NCBI GenBank assembly: GCA_963845065.1
Contig: CAWJQQ010000001.1
Span: 1,248,001-1,312,000, forward strand
Source of the DNA: Nitrospirota bacterium
GTDB lineage: Bacteria; Nitrospirota; UBA9217
Length of the DNA: 64,000 nt
Reading direction: 5' to 3'
Each line of letters begins with the position of its first letter. The stretch's first letter is position 1. The notes under the pieces were generated by a model that saw only the letters and a program-made list of their open reading frames with translations, had not been told where the DNA came from and ran no database searches. Both the position numbers and the translations under genes were made by a program. Below, in pieces: positions 61,506-64,000 of the stretch.

Positions 61506-63438
61506 GTGAAAGCGCCGGGATAAACCGGCATAGAGTCGGGGGTGAAAGTCCCCTACGTGAAAGGATGAGCTGATCCATCATGGCCTCGAATCATGCGCGG
61601 GCAGTCGTGAGATTGCACGTGAAGCGTTGACAGAGGAAGCGCAGGCCAGCCATTGAGCTCCGAAATCCGGTGATTCGGGGTGCCGACCGCGTACGAATGC
61701 TGGGAAGGCACTACTGGCAACGCCGCTATCCAGCCAGACGTTGCCCGACCCCGCGGAGTCAGAGAACCTGAGCATGCGTGGATACTCTATGTTCGAGAAC
61801 CGGGAGAGCTCAGCAGCTCCCGCTAGGAAACATTAAGCGGGACGGTAAGGGAAGGCCTGTGGCCGCGATCCTTATATGCACGCTGCTGAGCAGTCTGACA
61901 TCGGCGTACTACCTAAGAAGGTGCCGAACAAAGCTGCGTGTTCCCCATGCGGCGGCGGAGGCTCCGGAGGGAAGGCTGATGACCAAGGGGAAATTCTGGA
62001 AAGTCGTCTGCGACCTGTACGCAGAGACAGGGGTAAGCATTGAACGGACTTGACAGGATACGTGAAGCAGCGGCAAGGGATGGGAACCTTCGTTTCACCA
62101 GCCTCATGCACCATATCACAGAAGAAATGCTTCGGGATGCTTACAATGCGCTCAAACGCAACGCGGCAGCTGGGGTAGACGATGTGACATGGCAAGAGTA
62201 CGGTGAGGGACTGGATGTCCGGATAAAGGACCTCCACGATCGGGTAAAGAGTGGCAGGTTCCGAGCAAAGCCTTCGAAGCGGGTATGGATACCCAAGCCG
62301 GACGGTCGTCAAAGACCAATCGGCATAGCCGCACTTGAGGACAAGATAGTCCAACAAGCGGTGGTGTGGGTACTGAGCCATATCTATGAAAAGGACTTTC
62401 TCGGTTTCAGCTACGGATTTCGACCGGAGCGTAGCCAGCATAACGCGCTGGATGCGATATGGATGGGAATCACCCGAATGAAGGTAAACTGGGTGCTGGA
62501 TGCGGACATCAAGAGTTTCTTTGACACGATCAATCATGCGTGGCTGATGAAGCTTCTGGAACGTCGCATCGCAGACCCTCGGATGCTCCGCCTGATCCGA
62601 AAGTGGCTCAGGGCCGGAGTATCGGAAGACGGCGAGTGGTCAAAGACGGAGGTAGGCACGCCGCAAGGGTCAGTCATATCGCCCTTGCTCAGTAATATCT
62701 ACCTGCATTACGTTCTTGACAAGTGGGTAACAGAATGGCGAAAGAACAAAGCAAACGGTGAAGTAATCATCGTTCGCTACGCCGACGATTTCGTCATGGG
62801 GTTTCAATACCGGAGCAGTGCGGAACGTTTCCTGCAAGAAATGAAGAAACGATTCGCCGCTTTCGGGCTTGAAATTCACAGCGAAAAGACCCGGCTCATC
62901 GAGTTCGGACGGTTCGCGGAAGCAAACCGCGCCGAGCGGGGAGAAGGGAAGGCTGAAACGTTTGACTTTCTCGGGTTCACGCATATCTGTAGCAGGACCT
63001 GGAAGAACAATCGTTTCACTATACACCGCAGGACAATCGCCAAACGTCTTCGGGCAAAGCTGAAGGAAGTGAGAAAAGAGCTCATTCAACGCAGGCATGA
63101 GCCGGTGCCGGTACTTGGTAAGTGGCTCAGGTCAGTGGTACAGGGTCATCTCAATTACTTCGCGGTGCCCGGCAACATAAAGGCATTACAGGCGTTTCGC
63201 ACGGAGATAAATAAGGCATGGCTCTTCGCGCTAAGGCGCCGCAGCCATAAGGCCAGAAATCTAACGTGGGACCGGATGAAATGCTTAATAAAGACGTGGA
63301 TACCCGCAGCCAAAATCAAGCACCCGTACCCGCACCAAAGGCTTTGCGTGAACCACCCGAGGTAAGAGCCGTGTGAGGTAGTGCCTCTAGCACGGATCCG
63401 TGCGGGGGGCGTCCAGTAACGGACGTCCCTACCGCGAT
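61506..63438 (+). mobile_element. Group II intron (bacterial class E-like); 5' boundary approximate
   Basis: DI-like GGGGGTGAAAGTCCCC; DV GAGCCGTGTGAGGTAGTGCCTCTAGCACGGATC; DVI ending CCTACCGCGAT at 63438; internal RT ORF. Confidence 0.88.
62040..63365 (+). CDS. ltrA: Group II intron reverse transcriptase/maturase without endonuclease domain
   Basis: AAGVD, RPIGI, SYGFRP, DIKSFFD, PQGSVISP, YADD, FDFLGF. Confidence 0.95.
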   Translation: MNGLDRIREAAARDGNLRFTSLMHHITEEMLRDAYNALKRNAAAGVDDVTWQEYGEGLDVRIKDLHDRVKSGRFRAKPSKRVWIPKPDGRQRPIGIAALEDKIVQQAVVWVLSHIYEKDFLGFSYGFRPERSQHNALDAIWMGITRMKVNWVLDADIKSFFDTINHAWLMKLLERRIADPRMLRLIRKWLRAGVSEDGEWSKTEVGTPQGSVISPLLSNIYLHYVLDKWVTEWRKNKANGEVIIVRYADDFVMGFQYRSSAERFLQEMKKRFAAFGLEIHSEKTRLIEFGRFAEANRAERGEGKAETFDFLGFTHICSRTWKNNRFTIHRRTIAKRLRAKLKEVRKELIQRRHEPVPVLGKWLRSVVQGHLNYFAVPGNIKALQAFRTEINKAWLFALRRRSHKARNLTWDRMKCLIKTWIPAAKIKHPYPHQRLCVNHPR

Positions 63439-63657
63439 TACAGTTTCAACCTATCGCATCTCGCATGTTTGTAGGTGGACTTGAGAGTTCAATACTAACG
63501 ATTGACTAATACCATATGAAGTTTTCAATTAACTCTCCACCACGCACATTTCCTATGCTTAATAGACGTGGAGCTTGCTCATGGCTCGCCACTTTTGCCC
63601 ACTCGTCAAGTGCCTGTAGAGTCCAGAAATGCATATGCGCGCTACCGAAAGGCACGA

Positions 63658-64000
63658 ATGAAAAGTATTGTCGAACTGGATATCAACGTAGGGCAGGCGA
63701 AACTCGCTGAACTGTTCACGGATCCCCAACGCAATCCGGAGTGGATGGATGATCTGGAAAGGATTGAACCCGTAGGGGGTGATCTGGGAAAACCCGGATC
63801 GACCTACCGATTGGTACCGAAACAAGGGAAACTTACCTTTGTGGCGCGGATTATCTCGCGAGAACTGCCGACAGAAGCAAAACTGATTCTTGATGCACCG
63901 AGTGTCTCTGTGTCAGTGACTGGCAAGTTTATTGCGTTATCCGAAGAGTCGACGAGGCTGGTTTCCGAAGAAATATTTAGCTTCAAGGGAATATTTGGGA
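63658..64000 (+). CDS. SRPBCC-family protein (runs off the window)
   Basis: MKSIVELDINVGQAKLAELFTDPQRNPEWMDDL...GSTYRL; open to the window end. Confidence 0.65.
   Translation, partial: MKSIVELDINVGQAKLAELFTDPQRNPEWMDDLERIEPVGGDLGKPGSTYRLVPKQGKLTFVARIISRELPTEAKLILDAPSVSVSVTGKFIALSEESTRLVSEEIFSFKGIFG

Noticed and set aside
61489..63451. GTTTCAACC as a CRISPR repeat
   Set aside because: Only two 10-bp copies, no spacers and no cas genes

Overview
Bacterial chromosomal window with no rRNA, CRISPR array or complete tRNA. The gene content suggests an anaerobic or microaerophilic Gram-negative such as Nitrospirota or Desulfobacterota (inference only). The left half (1-33 kb) is mostly core genes. 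It holds an Ig-domain lipoprotein, an ICMT-domain membrane protein, tupBC, maf, a LuxR pseudo-receiver regulator, a promoter/terminator-bounded ~240-nt structured ncRNA candidate and an M48 peptidase. These are followed by an RsbU/RsbW/RsbV-like partner-switching trio abutting mlaEFD, then hisS, pgm, eno, rfaE2, an Rrf2-led cbb3 oxidase cluster (ccoNOQPG+S), TetR, mqnA, a CDF transporter, a prenol kinase and a TolC-SRPBCC-MacAB exporter. The right half (33-64 kb) is a decaying accessory region with orphan efflux parts, a sigma54-promoter His-rich small gene, a dead MazEF-like pair, tesA/ybbPA and a DUF4388-PilT pair. Its mobile content includes RecD2, two tRNA-Leu 3' att remnants, integrase, HU and IS3 scraps, an intact IS4-family element with TSD, VapBC and a complete group II intron. 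The strongest candidates for new biology are the unannotated ncRNA (6.8-7.1 kb), the sigma-less partner-switching module joined to an Mla/MCE transporter, the tandem tRNA-Leu island array and the sigma54-driven His-rich protein. All family calls come from motif recognition, not database searches.
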